From: an uncultured archaeon
GTDB taxonomy: Archaea > Asgardarchaeota > Thorarchaeia > Thorarchaeales > Thorarchaeaceae
DNA length: 64,000 nucleotides
Assembly: GCA_964610875.1 (NCBI GenBank)
Contig: CAZSWP010000013.1
Coordinates: 1-64,000, forward strand
Direction of reading: 5' to 3'
In this document: one piece after another, positions 29,226 to 38,477 of the stretch
Layout: every line of letters begins with the position of its first letter
Position numbering within the stretch: position 1 is the first letter of the stretch
Made by a program: the position numbers and the translations under genes
The notes under the pieces: generated by a model
What the model saw: only the letters and a program-made list of their open reading frames with translations
Databases searched by the model: none
What the model was told of the DNA's origin: nothing

Positions 29226-31976
29226 TCAGTAGTATTCTTCATTTTTGATTTCCAGATATTCTCTAGTAGAAGTTGGTAGCTGAACAATATAACTGGATGG
29301 CATGTGTTCTTTTATGATTCTCATCAATTGTGAGAATTCTAAAGGATCCATTTCTTCATCAACTTTCATTTTCAAAAACTGCAATAAAGAATCCAATAAC
29401 TGATCATCTATAAAAAAGGGTTCAATAGATAACATAATTTCGATTTCTTCATTTTTTGTTTTTGATGACTGTAGTTTTGAAATATATTCATCTCTTTTTG
29501 AAAGGATGGCATCTCGTACTTTTCGTGATTGATAGAGATGGGGAAAAGATACCAATTGCTTTATTGGGTTGGTATGCTTTATTGGTTTGAGAATCAAACT
29601 CTCAACATTGTCGATTACCCTCTTATCTCTACTAGCATGTTTTAAGGAACATTCAAAGGATTTGTGAATAATCCAATCAGTGGCATCAACAACGACATTT
29701 TCAAATACGATTTTCTTGAATATTTCTCTAGAATGTCCCGAGAAATGAAATCTATGGTCTATTGTCCCTATTACATCCAATGGGTTTTCTGAGAGTATTA
29801 TTTTTTCAAAGAGTGCCTTCAGGATGGAGGGATGTTCAGTAAGAATTCTAAATTTCGAGATTGTTTCTACCACTCGCCAAAAGTTATCCTCATCTGTAAA
29901 CATAGCAATGATATCTTCTATTCTTTCTACAATAATCTCTATAAGCTCGTATTTTCTCTGAAATTTGGGAATAAACGATATTGCATTTAAAATGGATAAA
30001 TCAATATGACTGTTTTTCAAATACTTAATGAAAACCATATTTAGAAGGTTAACTGTTGTGTTATCTTTTGTTCTAACAAGATTCTCTATTTCATATGTCT
30101 TGATTCGTTCCGAATTATCTCGAAGTGAAAGAGAAATTTCAAGTAGTCTTTTGCTAATGGTAGGTTCATTTTGAGTAGTAATCAATCTTTCTGGACGGTG
30201 AGATGTATTTTTAGTTATTTCTTCCAATTGTTTAGCTATAACTTTACCAGCTTGAAGATGGTCTTTCAAATAGTCACACGCCCTAATTTGCCGCTCAATT
30301 GAATCAAGCGTATACCTCTCTCGAATTAATTTAATTTTAGATGGGAATTGCTCAATGAAGCCATCAATGCGATTCATTAGCCATTGGTTATCATAGAAGT
30401 CTGGTACAGAAACTACTTCTCTGATAAATGAGATGAACTCAACAATATTATCTTTATATACAACTTGCTCTTTTTTTAGTTTCAGTTTGAGAACCAATTC
30501 TCTACGAAAACATACATGGCGCATTACCTGACATATTTTGGATAATGTCCAGTACATCGGATATTTCCTGAAGGAATTAACAACCAAACTGACTACATCC
30601 TCCTTTTTTTCATTGGGAGCAACAGAATAGAGAATATTCGCATATTTTGCTAGGCCCCTCCCTTCATGATACCTATCAATCTGGCACTTGAGTTTTTCAT
30701 AACTTTTTTTTGATTCAGAAAGTATTCCTATATAATATGGGCAAGCATTTACATATTCAAGTAAAGCCTCAGGGTTGACAGAAGTTGTTATGGCTTTAAG
30801 TAACTCATCTTGAGTCAATGTTGCGGATGTGTTTCCTGGAATCAAATGAAGAGCAGTTTCAACAATCATTTGCTCGAAGCTGCTACTAGGAAGATGTCTC
30901 CTATTAGGAGAGGCTTTCGAATCTCTTTTTGTAGCATAAAAAAAGCCATCTAGGAAATTAGATAATCCAGCTGCTGTAATAACATCAGGTCCTTCGGACT
31001 GTTCTGCAACTTTCCATAGAAGCAGAATAGATGCGGCACGTCTTTGCCAGATTTTACTTTTCAGTCCATTTCTAATTCTTTGTATCATAGACGGATTCTC
31101 TATGACCATCTGAACAATCTCATGTATAGCTTCATCTGTAGGCTCATATTTTTCACTATTATCTGTAAGATCAAATCCATACAATGTAAATTTCTTTGCA
31201 ATCCATCTGAGAATTCGCCACACTGGAATGTCTATTTTATGTTTGATTGCATAGAGAATTAGTTCTGCGTGAATCTTATTCGAATTGACTATCTCGATTA
31301 CTGCATTTCTGATTTTGGGACTAACATAATACTGGGCTAGATAACAAGCGCCAGCTGATATTTCTGTATCAGAGTGTTTTATGCAGCGAAGCAATTCATC
31401 TGGACTAATTGGTATCGACAGATTGTCAACCCATTTTTTCATAGCCACATTATTTCCATGGAACGGGTCTCTACAACCATATCTCATTATTTCTTCTATA
31501 GCTTTGCTAGTATTACGTTTTGATTTTAGTAAGATCACCTCTGAACACAAATCATAGTCATCACCCATATTTGACACTGAGTAGTAATCACCTGGATCCT
31601 CACCTAAGCCTTCTAAAACTGCAATGGTTCCTTCGTTCAGTCCACCCCATTCTTTGTATAGATAGTTTTGTAATTTAGGAATCACTTCTTTACCCATAGA
31701 TATTATTCCATTTACAATTCTATCATCAACACAGCTGCCACAATCCCACTTTCTATGAATCCAGTACAACTCTTTCACAAGTTTGTCAAAGGCATCTAAT
31801 CCTTGAAGTTGAACAATAGCTTCTATAGCAAGTTCTACCAAGTCACTATCTCCTGCCCATGGACTAACCCAATCCAGAAGAGATAGAAAACTCTCCATTT
31901 TCGAAACGATTTCAGTTCTATTATATCTGATTGCTATTCTGACAGCAGACTCCAAAGCTTCATAGCTTGTATCCAC
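29226..31976 (-). CDS. Large alpha-helical (HEAT/ARM-like) hypothetical protein
   Basis: 916-aa AT-rich ORF; HEAT-like segments GLKSKIWQRRAASILLL and CIKHSDTEISAGACYL. Confidence 0.6.
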   Translation of the reverse strand: MDTSYEALESAVRIAIRYNRTEIVSKMESFLSLLDWVSPWAGDSDLVELAIEAIVQLQGLDAFDKLVKELYWIHRKWDCGSCVDDRIVNGIISMGKEVIPKLQNYLYKEWGGLNEGTIAVLEGLGEDPGDYYSVSNMGDDYDLCSEVILLKSKRNTSKAIEEIMRYGCRDPFHGNNVAMKKWVDNLSIPISPDELLRCIKHSDTEISAGACYLAQYYVSPKIRNAVIEIVNSNKIHAELILYAIKHKIDIPVWRILRWIAKKFTLYGFDLTDNSEKYEPTDEAIHEIVQMVIENPSMIQRIRNGLKSKIWQRRAASILLLWKVAEQSEGPDVITAAGLSNFLDGFFYATKRDSKASPNRRHLPSSSFEQMIVETALHLIPGNTSATLTQDELLKAITTSVNPEALLEYVNACPYYIGILSESKKSYEKLKCQIDRYHEGRGLAKYANILYSVAPNEKKEDVVSLVVNSFRKYPMYWTLSKICQVMRHVCFRRELVLKLKLKKEQVVYKDNIVEFISFIREVVSVPDFYDNQWLMNRIDGFIEQFPSKIKLIRERYTLDSIERQIRACDYLKDHLQAGKVIAKQLEEITKNTSHRPERLITTQNEPTISKRLLEISLSLRDNSERIKTYEIENLVRTKDNTTVNLLNMVFIKYLKNSHIDLSILNAISFIPKFQRKYELIEIIVERIEDIIAMFTDEDNFWRVVETISKFRILTEHPSILKALFEKIILSENPLDVIGTIDHRFHFSGHSREIFKKIVFENVVVDATDWIIHKSFECSLKHASRDKRVIDNVESLILKPIKHTNPIKQLVSFPHLYQSRKVRDAILSKRDEYISKLQSSKTKNEEIEIMLSIEPFFIDDQLLDSLLQFLKMKVDEEMDPLEFSQLMRIIKEHMPSSYIVQLPTSTREYLEIKNEEYY

Positions 31977-32421
31977 TGTTTATAGAAGTGGAATAATGTT
32001 CAAATCTGATTCAATTGTCAATTATCCAAGAAGAGAGAGTCTTGTCTTGCACCACTGAACCTACACCTTTTCTTATGGTGTGAAAAATAAAATAGAAATA
32101 ATCTGAGCGATGGTTGTAGACATCACCCAGTGACCAAATATTCTGATTGCTTTTCTCTTGCTACCCCTAACCCGTATCTGTCCTATTCCAAACACCTAAC
32201 TCCATTCCACTCCCATGAGAATGGAAGACATAATCTCATATGAAATGATTGATTTCTTTGAATACAGAAACCAGAACTCTTTTCTACTACCACTTAGCTA
32301 AACATTATTGGTTAGGAGTAAGATTCTGGTGTTCCTGGCGTAACAGGGCCACACCTTTAGTCCTTGGTAGGAGATTGCATCCCTTGCTTACTCCCAACAA
32401 TAGCACAAGTGGGTGAGGTCT

Positions 32422-32943
32422 ATGTCCATTGAAGGAATTGATGATAGAGGTTTACTGGTCGAGCCATTAGAGCAGAGCTGGTTCAAGAAATTCATTACAG
32501 TCTGGTCAAATCCGAGCTTTGGACAGGTCTATGTTAACAAGAATAGCATGACTGTAAACATCTATCTCGGATTCAGGATGCTTCAGGGAAAGGTTCTCAT
32601 CTGGTCCGCAAAGCGAAATATCAGATGGGTAACAAAGAAATGGTTCAAGCAAGGACATCAAATGCTTCTTTACAAAAACAAGTCCGTTGTAAAAGCCAAT
32701 CTGATAGTTGAAACTCCAGCAGGAGAGATCATTCCAGATGAGGAGTTCTACAAGATAAGTGATAGAGATTATAGCATCCTTCGTGAGTATTTCAATAGGA
32801 AAGAGGTCAGAGATGAACTGAAAAGATTGGCTGAACAGATTGAGAGTAAGATATACCTGTTCAGGGTTGGAATGCCAGTCGAGTTCATTCTTCCCATTAT
32901 CATTCCAATCATTGTAGTGCTACTGATTATTTTATTTTATTAG
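32422..32943 (+). CDS. Hypothetical protein with C-terminal TM helix
   Basis: SD GGTGAGG before ATG 32422; hydrophobic tail. Confidence 0.6.
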   Translation: MSIEGIDDRGLLVEPLEQSWFKKFITVWSNPSFGQVYVNKNSMTVNIYLGFRMLQGKVLIWSAKRNIRWVTKKWFKQGHQMLLYKNKSVVKANLIVETPAGEIIPDEEFYKISDRDYSILREYFNRKEVRDELKRLAEQIESKIYLFRVGMPVEFILPIIIPIIVVLLIILFY

Positions 32944-33159
32944 TGATACACTAATATCCTGAATGCATCAATTTGTACAAAAAGATACAAGACATTATAT
33001 TGTTTCCGAGTTAATCAATGGTGAGAGGGCAATCTCGTTGGTCTTTCCATATTTTGAAACAAACCTTCCTATGTGTTTCATCAAGGCAATATTAATTGAA
33101 CATCTAGGAGTCTGGGATGGTATAGTAGAATCGAAAAAAGAGTCCATCTGACCTTTTTG

Positions 33160-33348
33160 CTACTCCACCGTAATCTGCACCGTCACACTCCCATCCTTCG
33201 ACGGAATCAACACCATCCGCGTTTCAATGACCGCCCCAGTCCTCACCGCTCGCTCATGCAACGGCTTCGGCACGGTCAGGACTTCCTGATTACCGAGCGT
33301 GAACACGCTCATCACAAAGCTCTTCGTGTTCTCCTTGTGTCGTCCCAT
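33160..33348 (-). CDS. Small protein, possible AbrB/SpoVT-like DNA-binding fold
   Basis: GC-rich 62-aa ORF with GNQEVLTVPKPL. Confidence 0.4.
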   Translation of the reverse strand: MGRHKENTKSFVMSVFTLGNQEVLTVPKPLHERAVRTGAVIETRMVLIPSKDGSVTVQITVE

Positions 33349-33721
33349 GTTCGTCGATAGCTCCTAGACTATACAGGAATCTCCCAGTCAGCAGTGAACC
33401 GATGTCCCTGTGCAATCAGGTTCCGTAACCACTCTAATAAGAACCGATTAAGTGTAGACTTGTTCTTGATGTCAACTGTGTCGGGCGTAGGATAGGAATC
33501 GCCAAGCTGGAGTGCCTTGGCAGACTATTTAAGCCCCACACGAATTACTAAGTAATAAAGAGGTCTCACTGCACGGTCATGTGAATCGCCAAGTTCTATG
33601 CGCTGTGTGGTGGGGCCACCTTCCAGCTATCCATAGAATACTCTTTCTTTTCAAAAAGGCAATGAGAAAAATAGATTGTGAAGGTGAGCCTTGCAGCTCT
33701 ACCTTCTAAACTAACAACCCG

Positions 33722-34891
33722 TTAGATACATCGGTGAATTACTTCAGGTCCAGCTTCCTCAAACTCTTTCCGAGATACCCACATTTACCACGCAGCAACG
33801 GAAATCGGTGCCGCTTTTTGGAACGTTTTCAGCGAAGCTAGAATGCTTCCGCCAATCCAGACAGAGTATTGTCTCTCGGGTGGAGCGATGATGCGTACCT
33901 CGATGTTCTCTGGGACTAGTTCGGTGATCTCCTTATGGAGTCGTTCCTTGAGTCCTGGGAACATGGTTGAACCGCCTGATAGTACAATGTTGGCGTACAG
34001 GTCACGTCGCAAGTCTACATCGCAAGCCTTGATCGACTCGACAATGTGTTCATCCAGTGGGATTGAGTCTAGACCTATTGCGCTTGGGTTGAAGAACAGC
34101 TCGGGTGCTTGGAACCTCTCTGCACCAACAGTGATTACTTCACCGTCTGGTAGCATGTAGGGTTTGTCAACACCAGCCTTGTCGGCCACTGTCCTCTCGC
34201 GCTCTGGGTCAAGAGCAACGTAACAGAGTTTCTCTTTTACATCACGGACAATCTCTTTCTCTGCACCGCTCACGAATGAGTAACCTCTCTGTCTGAGAAG
34301 TCTGCGCAGGTACTCGGTGATGTCACGACCAGCAAGGTCGATTCGTTTGATTGCGTGGTTGATTGAGAAACCTTCGTACACAGGTACAATGTGTGTGACA
34401 CCGTCACCAGAGTCGATGACGAGACCTGTGGTTCTTCCGGATGCGTATAGTGATAGCACAGCCTGTGTTGCGACATAGACGGCAGGTATGCCGAAGTTGT
34501 CGAACATGACAGATGCCATGCGTTCACGATTCTCTCTTGGGTTGTATGGTGCTTCAGTGAGAAGCACGGGGTTCTCGCTGGGATCAACTTTCAAGTCGTT
34601 GTAGAAAGTGTAACTCCAGATTTTTTCGATTGCGTCCCAGTCGTCAATTACACCGTGTGTAATTGGGTAGACGAGTCTGAGCACACCACGGAGGTTGATT
34701 GCCTCTTCACCAATGTAGTAATCCCTTGTGTAGTGATCGACGTCCGTCATAATGGACTCGTATCGTGGATATCCAATTAGTGTAGGCCATACACTTCGTG
34801 GCTGATCTTCACCAGCGTAACCGTTCTTACTCAGGCCAGTACCATTGTCAATGACAATTGGTTTACTGCCCATGTAATCTTCCTCAGCCAT
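33722..34891 (-). CDS. Actin (lokiactin-like), two exons 34891-33816 and 33785-33722; 379 aa spliced
   Basis: [62 protein letters not shown]; C-terminus [20 protein letters not shown] resumes in frame after a 30-nt insert. Confidence 0.96.
33786..33815 (-). other. Putative 30-nt BHB intron in actin mRNA
   Basis: Intron AGCGGCACCGAUUUCCGUUGCUGCGUGGUA; bulges AA|A and UA|A, central helix CCAA/GUGG, inner stem GCGGCA/UGCUGC; removal gives TTC CAA AAA ATG TGG. Confidence 0.82.
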
Positions 34892-35395
34892 GGTTTATCG
34901 GTCCTCGTTTTTTTTTTCTCGTTGTGCGCACTTTAGAAGAGTTCAGACTCTTAGTATAAAGCTTCCAAAACTCTGTGCTACGTCATTCGAGAGCTGCTTC
35001 CTTAATAACTATTATCAGGTTGTCAAACACATATTTGATATATATATATTATGTATTTTGGGTGGAAGAGGGCGTTAGAGTGCAGAGTGGGCGGAAAATG
35101 GCGTTTCGGGCAGCTTAGCTGCCTTTCCGTATTATGTGTATACATACTCAGACAATAGCTGGTCAGCTTTGTTATTTTGACTACAAAATATATATATGTC
35201 ATATAGTTCTTAGCAAGCAGCAAGAGGTAATATTTCCCATATGAGTAAAACCCCGTACTGCACAGAAATTCTAGAGATAGTGGTATGATGCAAAATCTGC
35301 CACTTCCAGTCCCTAAACGATAGATAATTCAAGTTGAAAAATGGGTTTTGTACATAGAAATTCATCTTCGGGAAAGAAAAAACAGGTGAAACAGA

Positions 35396-36205
35396 ATGTT
35401 CAGACTAAGTACAGACGACGTGGTACGCAGAGAGATAGAGAGTGTACGAGCCCGACAGGTCATACTGGACCAATTAGAGGGAGGTCCAAAGACAGGGACT
35501 GAACTGCGAGAAGCCATTCGCAAAGATATGACGGGACAGGTCATTGAGAAGAAAGGTAGACGAGTCAAGGATGAGAAGATTGTTGTTTCAGACCCGAAAC
35601 TCTATCACAACACAAGCCATCTTGAGAAGATGGGTATCATAAAGAGTAGGAGGCAGTCAAGAGAACGCGTCTTCGAACTCACACTTCATTCATACCATCC
35701 TGTGAGACGAGCATTACGCGAGTTGGGAGTGGTTGAAGTAGAAACCCCGGTGGCTTTTGTTGTCAACATGAAGATGCCAGACGACCAGAGACCTTTCGCA
35801 CTCTGGTTGAACAAGACAAAGGCTTTCAAGCCACACAGTCTGATGTTCTTCACCGAGGAACGGGGATGGAAAGGCCAGGTACTGAAGGCCTTTGACAGAT
35901 ATGCCACACGGCCATGGGACATTCACTGGCACAGTATACCCTTGGAGATCACTGGTGCCTATGAGGATGCACAACATGGAAACATCCGAGCAGTCTACGA
36001 ATTCATCCAGGACAGGATAGTAGAGTTGATACCTACACACGATGTGGTCATCGACCTCTCAATGGGTACACCCTTGACCTTGCTGGCAATGGCACGTATT
36101 GCTGAAGAGTACTCACTCAGAGCAGTTCACGTAGAGAACTATGAGGTGGACAAAACCCGCATCATACAGTACTATCCTAGAACCAGCGATACCAATGCGT
36201 GGTAA
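35396..36205 (+). CDS. Winged-HTH plus CARF-like domain protein
   Basis: N-terminal wHTH (ILDQLEGGPKTGTEL...LYHNTSHLEKMGII); C-terminal VVIDLSMGTPLTLLAM resembles CARF motif II. Confidence 0.6.
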   Translation: MFRLSTDDVVRREIESVRARQVILDQLEGGPKTGTELREAIRKDMTGQVIEKKGRRVKDEKIVVSDPKLYHNTSHLEKMGIIKSRRQSRERVFELTLHSYHPVRRALRELGVVEVETPVAFVVNMKMPDDQRPFALWLNKTKAFKPHSLMFFTEERGWKGQVLKAFDRYATRPWDIHWHSIPLEITGAYEDAQHGNIRAVYEFIQDRIVELIPTHDVVIDLSMGTPLTLLAMARIAEEYSLRAVHVENYEVDKTRIIQYYPRTSDTNAW

Positions 36206-36217
36206 GAGGAATAGACC

Positions 36218-36907
36218 ATGAGCCCTGATAGCATCCCCACACTAAAATGGGAGAGTATCGATATCAAAAAAGAACTAGAAGTGATCGTGTCTATCATAGA
36301 AGATGAGGTACAGAAGACACCAAGGCGTAACACACGAACTCTTGGTAAACTGAGAAGGTGGAAGACCGAGTGTAAACAGATTCAAGTAGGACTGCAAAAA
36401 ATCAAGAAACATATCAAACCACATCTTCAGGGTCTCTTCGGACTCGACTTGGACAGGAATGGATTACTCACTGCTGCAATGTTCCAACCTAGTACTAGGA
36501 ACTTATTCCTCGAGATGCGAATCCATTACGTTGTATCAAAAGAGCGCCTCTTGGATCTTCATACAGTAGATGAACTGGCATCATTGAGCGACTTTGCAAA
36601 AGTACTTGCACTCTTGGGAGATGCAGCAATAGACATGGCAATCTTACACCATCTCTGGCAACCAAGAGCTGTGGATGTTGGTCAACTGACCCAAGAACGT
36701 GCTCGAATCGTCAGTAATGAACATCTCGCAGAAAAATGCGACGAATGGAAACTCTATGAGAATAGAATTCATTTCGACCCTGCTACACCATCAAAGTCAG
36801 AGATAGAACATATCAAGGGTACACTGGTGGAGGCAATCTTTGGAGTCATGTATTTAGAAGCAGGGTATAGAGAGGCACTAGAGAGTGTTGTGTATCTACT
36901 TGATTGA
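36218..36907 (+). CDS. RNase III-domain protein (Mini-III-like, no dsRBD)
   Basis: LALLGDAAID, RARIVSNEHLA, GTLVEAIFGVMYLEAG. Confidence 0.8.
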   Translation: MSPDSIPTLKWESIDIKKELEVIVSIIEDEVQKTPRRNTRTLGKLRRWKTECKQIQVGLQKIKKHIKPHLQGLFGLDLDRNGLLTAAMFQPSTRNLFLEMRIHYVVSKERLLDLHTVDELASLSDFAKVLALLGDAAIDMAILHHLWQPRAVDVGQLTQERARIVSNEHLAEKCDEWKLYENRIHFDPATPSKSEIEHIKGTLVEAIFGVMYLEAGYREALESVVYLLD

Positions 36908-36908
36908 C

Positions 36909-38417
36909 TCAGTATTCAGAGAATCCATATTCATCTTCACGATGAGAAGTATTTCTTACTACAGGAAACATCCTCTCAAATTTCGACCTCACTCTAGATG
37001 CTGTACTCGGGTCAGAATACACACGAATTGATGGAATGGTCCTTTGTTGCTGACTAAGTACCTCTAAGAGAGGACGACCCTCTTCGGTATCACTCAATCT
37101 TACAAGATCAAAGCCATCATCACCACCAACAAGGACATCTATTTGACTCAGAAAATTCTCTCCAAGAACGGGATTGACTACATCGATAATGACTTTCCCC
37201 TCATCTTCCTCCAATTCCAATTCAGCCTCTATGAGAGCATCAATATCACTGTTCATATTTAGAATGCGTCTCTGAACATCAATGTCAAATGATGAAATAG
37301 GTCTTGAAGTTATAACTTTGAACAATCGTCGATATCGGATACGAGCCACATACTCCCTGACAAAATCAATATCGGATTCTTCTAACCACCGATACAAATC
37401 TGCGTCAGTCATTCTCGTGAAAAAGCCGATACATTCGTTCTTTGAGAGGTCCTCTTCTCGCATCCTGAAGTAGGTCGCCTTTGAAATGAGAGCTTCAGCG
37501 ACTCGTACAGCATGATGGAAATAGAGATCAGATAACATCCAACTCCTACTAAGTATCAATGCTTCAAGTGAGTGTAAAGCTTTTAGCATGAATGCACGTT
37601 TGAACATGCCATCATCATCCCTCACAACACGGTTTGTTAGAAGTACTCTCTCTGCAGGAAATACGCCAAGTTCAACCCCACTGAAATGAGCATCACGAAT
37701 CAGATAGTCAGTCTTGTCAATGTCCAATGGGCTGTCAACAAATTCAGAGAGTAATCTAAGTAGAGGCTCCGAGGACCTTCGTTTCAGGATGGATACAACT
37801 GATTGGGGATCTATATTATTTCTTGAGAGGGTATCAGCCACATCACTATGTAGAATTAGAAATTCACCCAAATCAGTATGACTGAGACCGGACCAACTAT
37901 GTAGTGAGAACTCGATTGTGTGAGAAGTAGGAGGGTGTCCAATATCATGAAGAAGTGCAGCGGCACGAAAGAGTTTCTGGTGATGTTCATCCAAGAGCTG
38001 GGAAAGAGGTTTGAAACGTGCACTATCCATATCGTCACAATAATTCACAACGCGGATACTCTTCTGAGCCAAGAAATTAGTGCCTATGCAATGTTCGAAT
38101 CTTGTATGAGTTGCTCCAGGATACACAATATGAGCAGGACCAAGCTGTTTTACATAACGTAGTCGAAGGAACTCCCATCCCGAAATTAAATCCAACTCCC
38201 ACGGTTCCAACATAATAGCCCCATGTATTGGGTCTTGGATTGCTTTCTGTCGAGTATGGGGTTCACCAAGTGCCAATATTCGTTTGTGTTCTATTATCCG
38301 TTCAGTTATTTTCGACCAATCAGCACCACCCTGCGCCTTTGCATCCTTTATCCGGTGTTCGCACAATCCAGTTAGTCGTATCAGATTCACAAGATCTGTA
38401 TCAAACCCTTCCAGCAT
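36909..38417 (-). CDS. HD-domain phosphohydrolase (dNTP triphosphohydrolase/SAMHD1-like)
   Basis: DPIHG, RLRYVKQLG, YPGATHTRFEH, LLHDIGH, DIDKTDYLIRD. Confidence 0.9.
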   Translation of the reverse strand: MLEGFDTDLVNLIRLTGLCEHRIKDAKAQGGADWSKITERIIEHKRILALGEPHTRQKAIQDPIHGAIMLEPWELDLISGWEFLRLRYVKQLGPAHIVYPGATHTRFEHCIGTNFLAQKSIRVVNYCDDMDSARFKPLSQLLDEHHQKLFRAAALLHDIGHPPTSHTIEFSLHSWSGLSHTDLGEFLILHSDVADTLSRNNIDPQSVVSILKRRSSEPLLRLLSEFVDSPLDIDKTDYLIRDAHFSGVELGVFPAERVLLTNRVVRDDDGMFKRAFMLKALHSLEALILSRSWMLSDLYFHHAVRVAEALISKATYFRMREEDLSKNECIGFFTRMTDADLYRWLEESDIDFVREYVARIRYRRLFKVITSRPISSFDIDVQRRILNMNSDIDALIEAELELEEDEGKVIIDVVNPVLGENFLSQIDVLVGGDDGFDLVRLSDTEEGRPLLEVLSQQQRTIPSIRVYSDPSTASRVRSKFERMFPVVRNTSHREDEYGFSEY

Positions 38418-38477
38418 GGAAAACAGCTCGAGTCCTCCATAGCTGGAACCAAGATATAAAGTGTGTAGAAAACCAAG

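Noticed and set aside
33785-33787. Selenocysteine or pyrrolysine readthrough in actin or hutU
   Set aside because: Both stops are TAA, and readthrough would leave 10 extra residues inside conserved motifs.
33786-33815. Group I/II intron or intein
   Set aside because: 30 nt is far too short, and there is no ribozyme core or intein motif.
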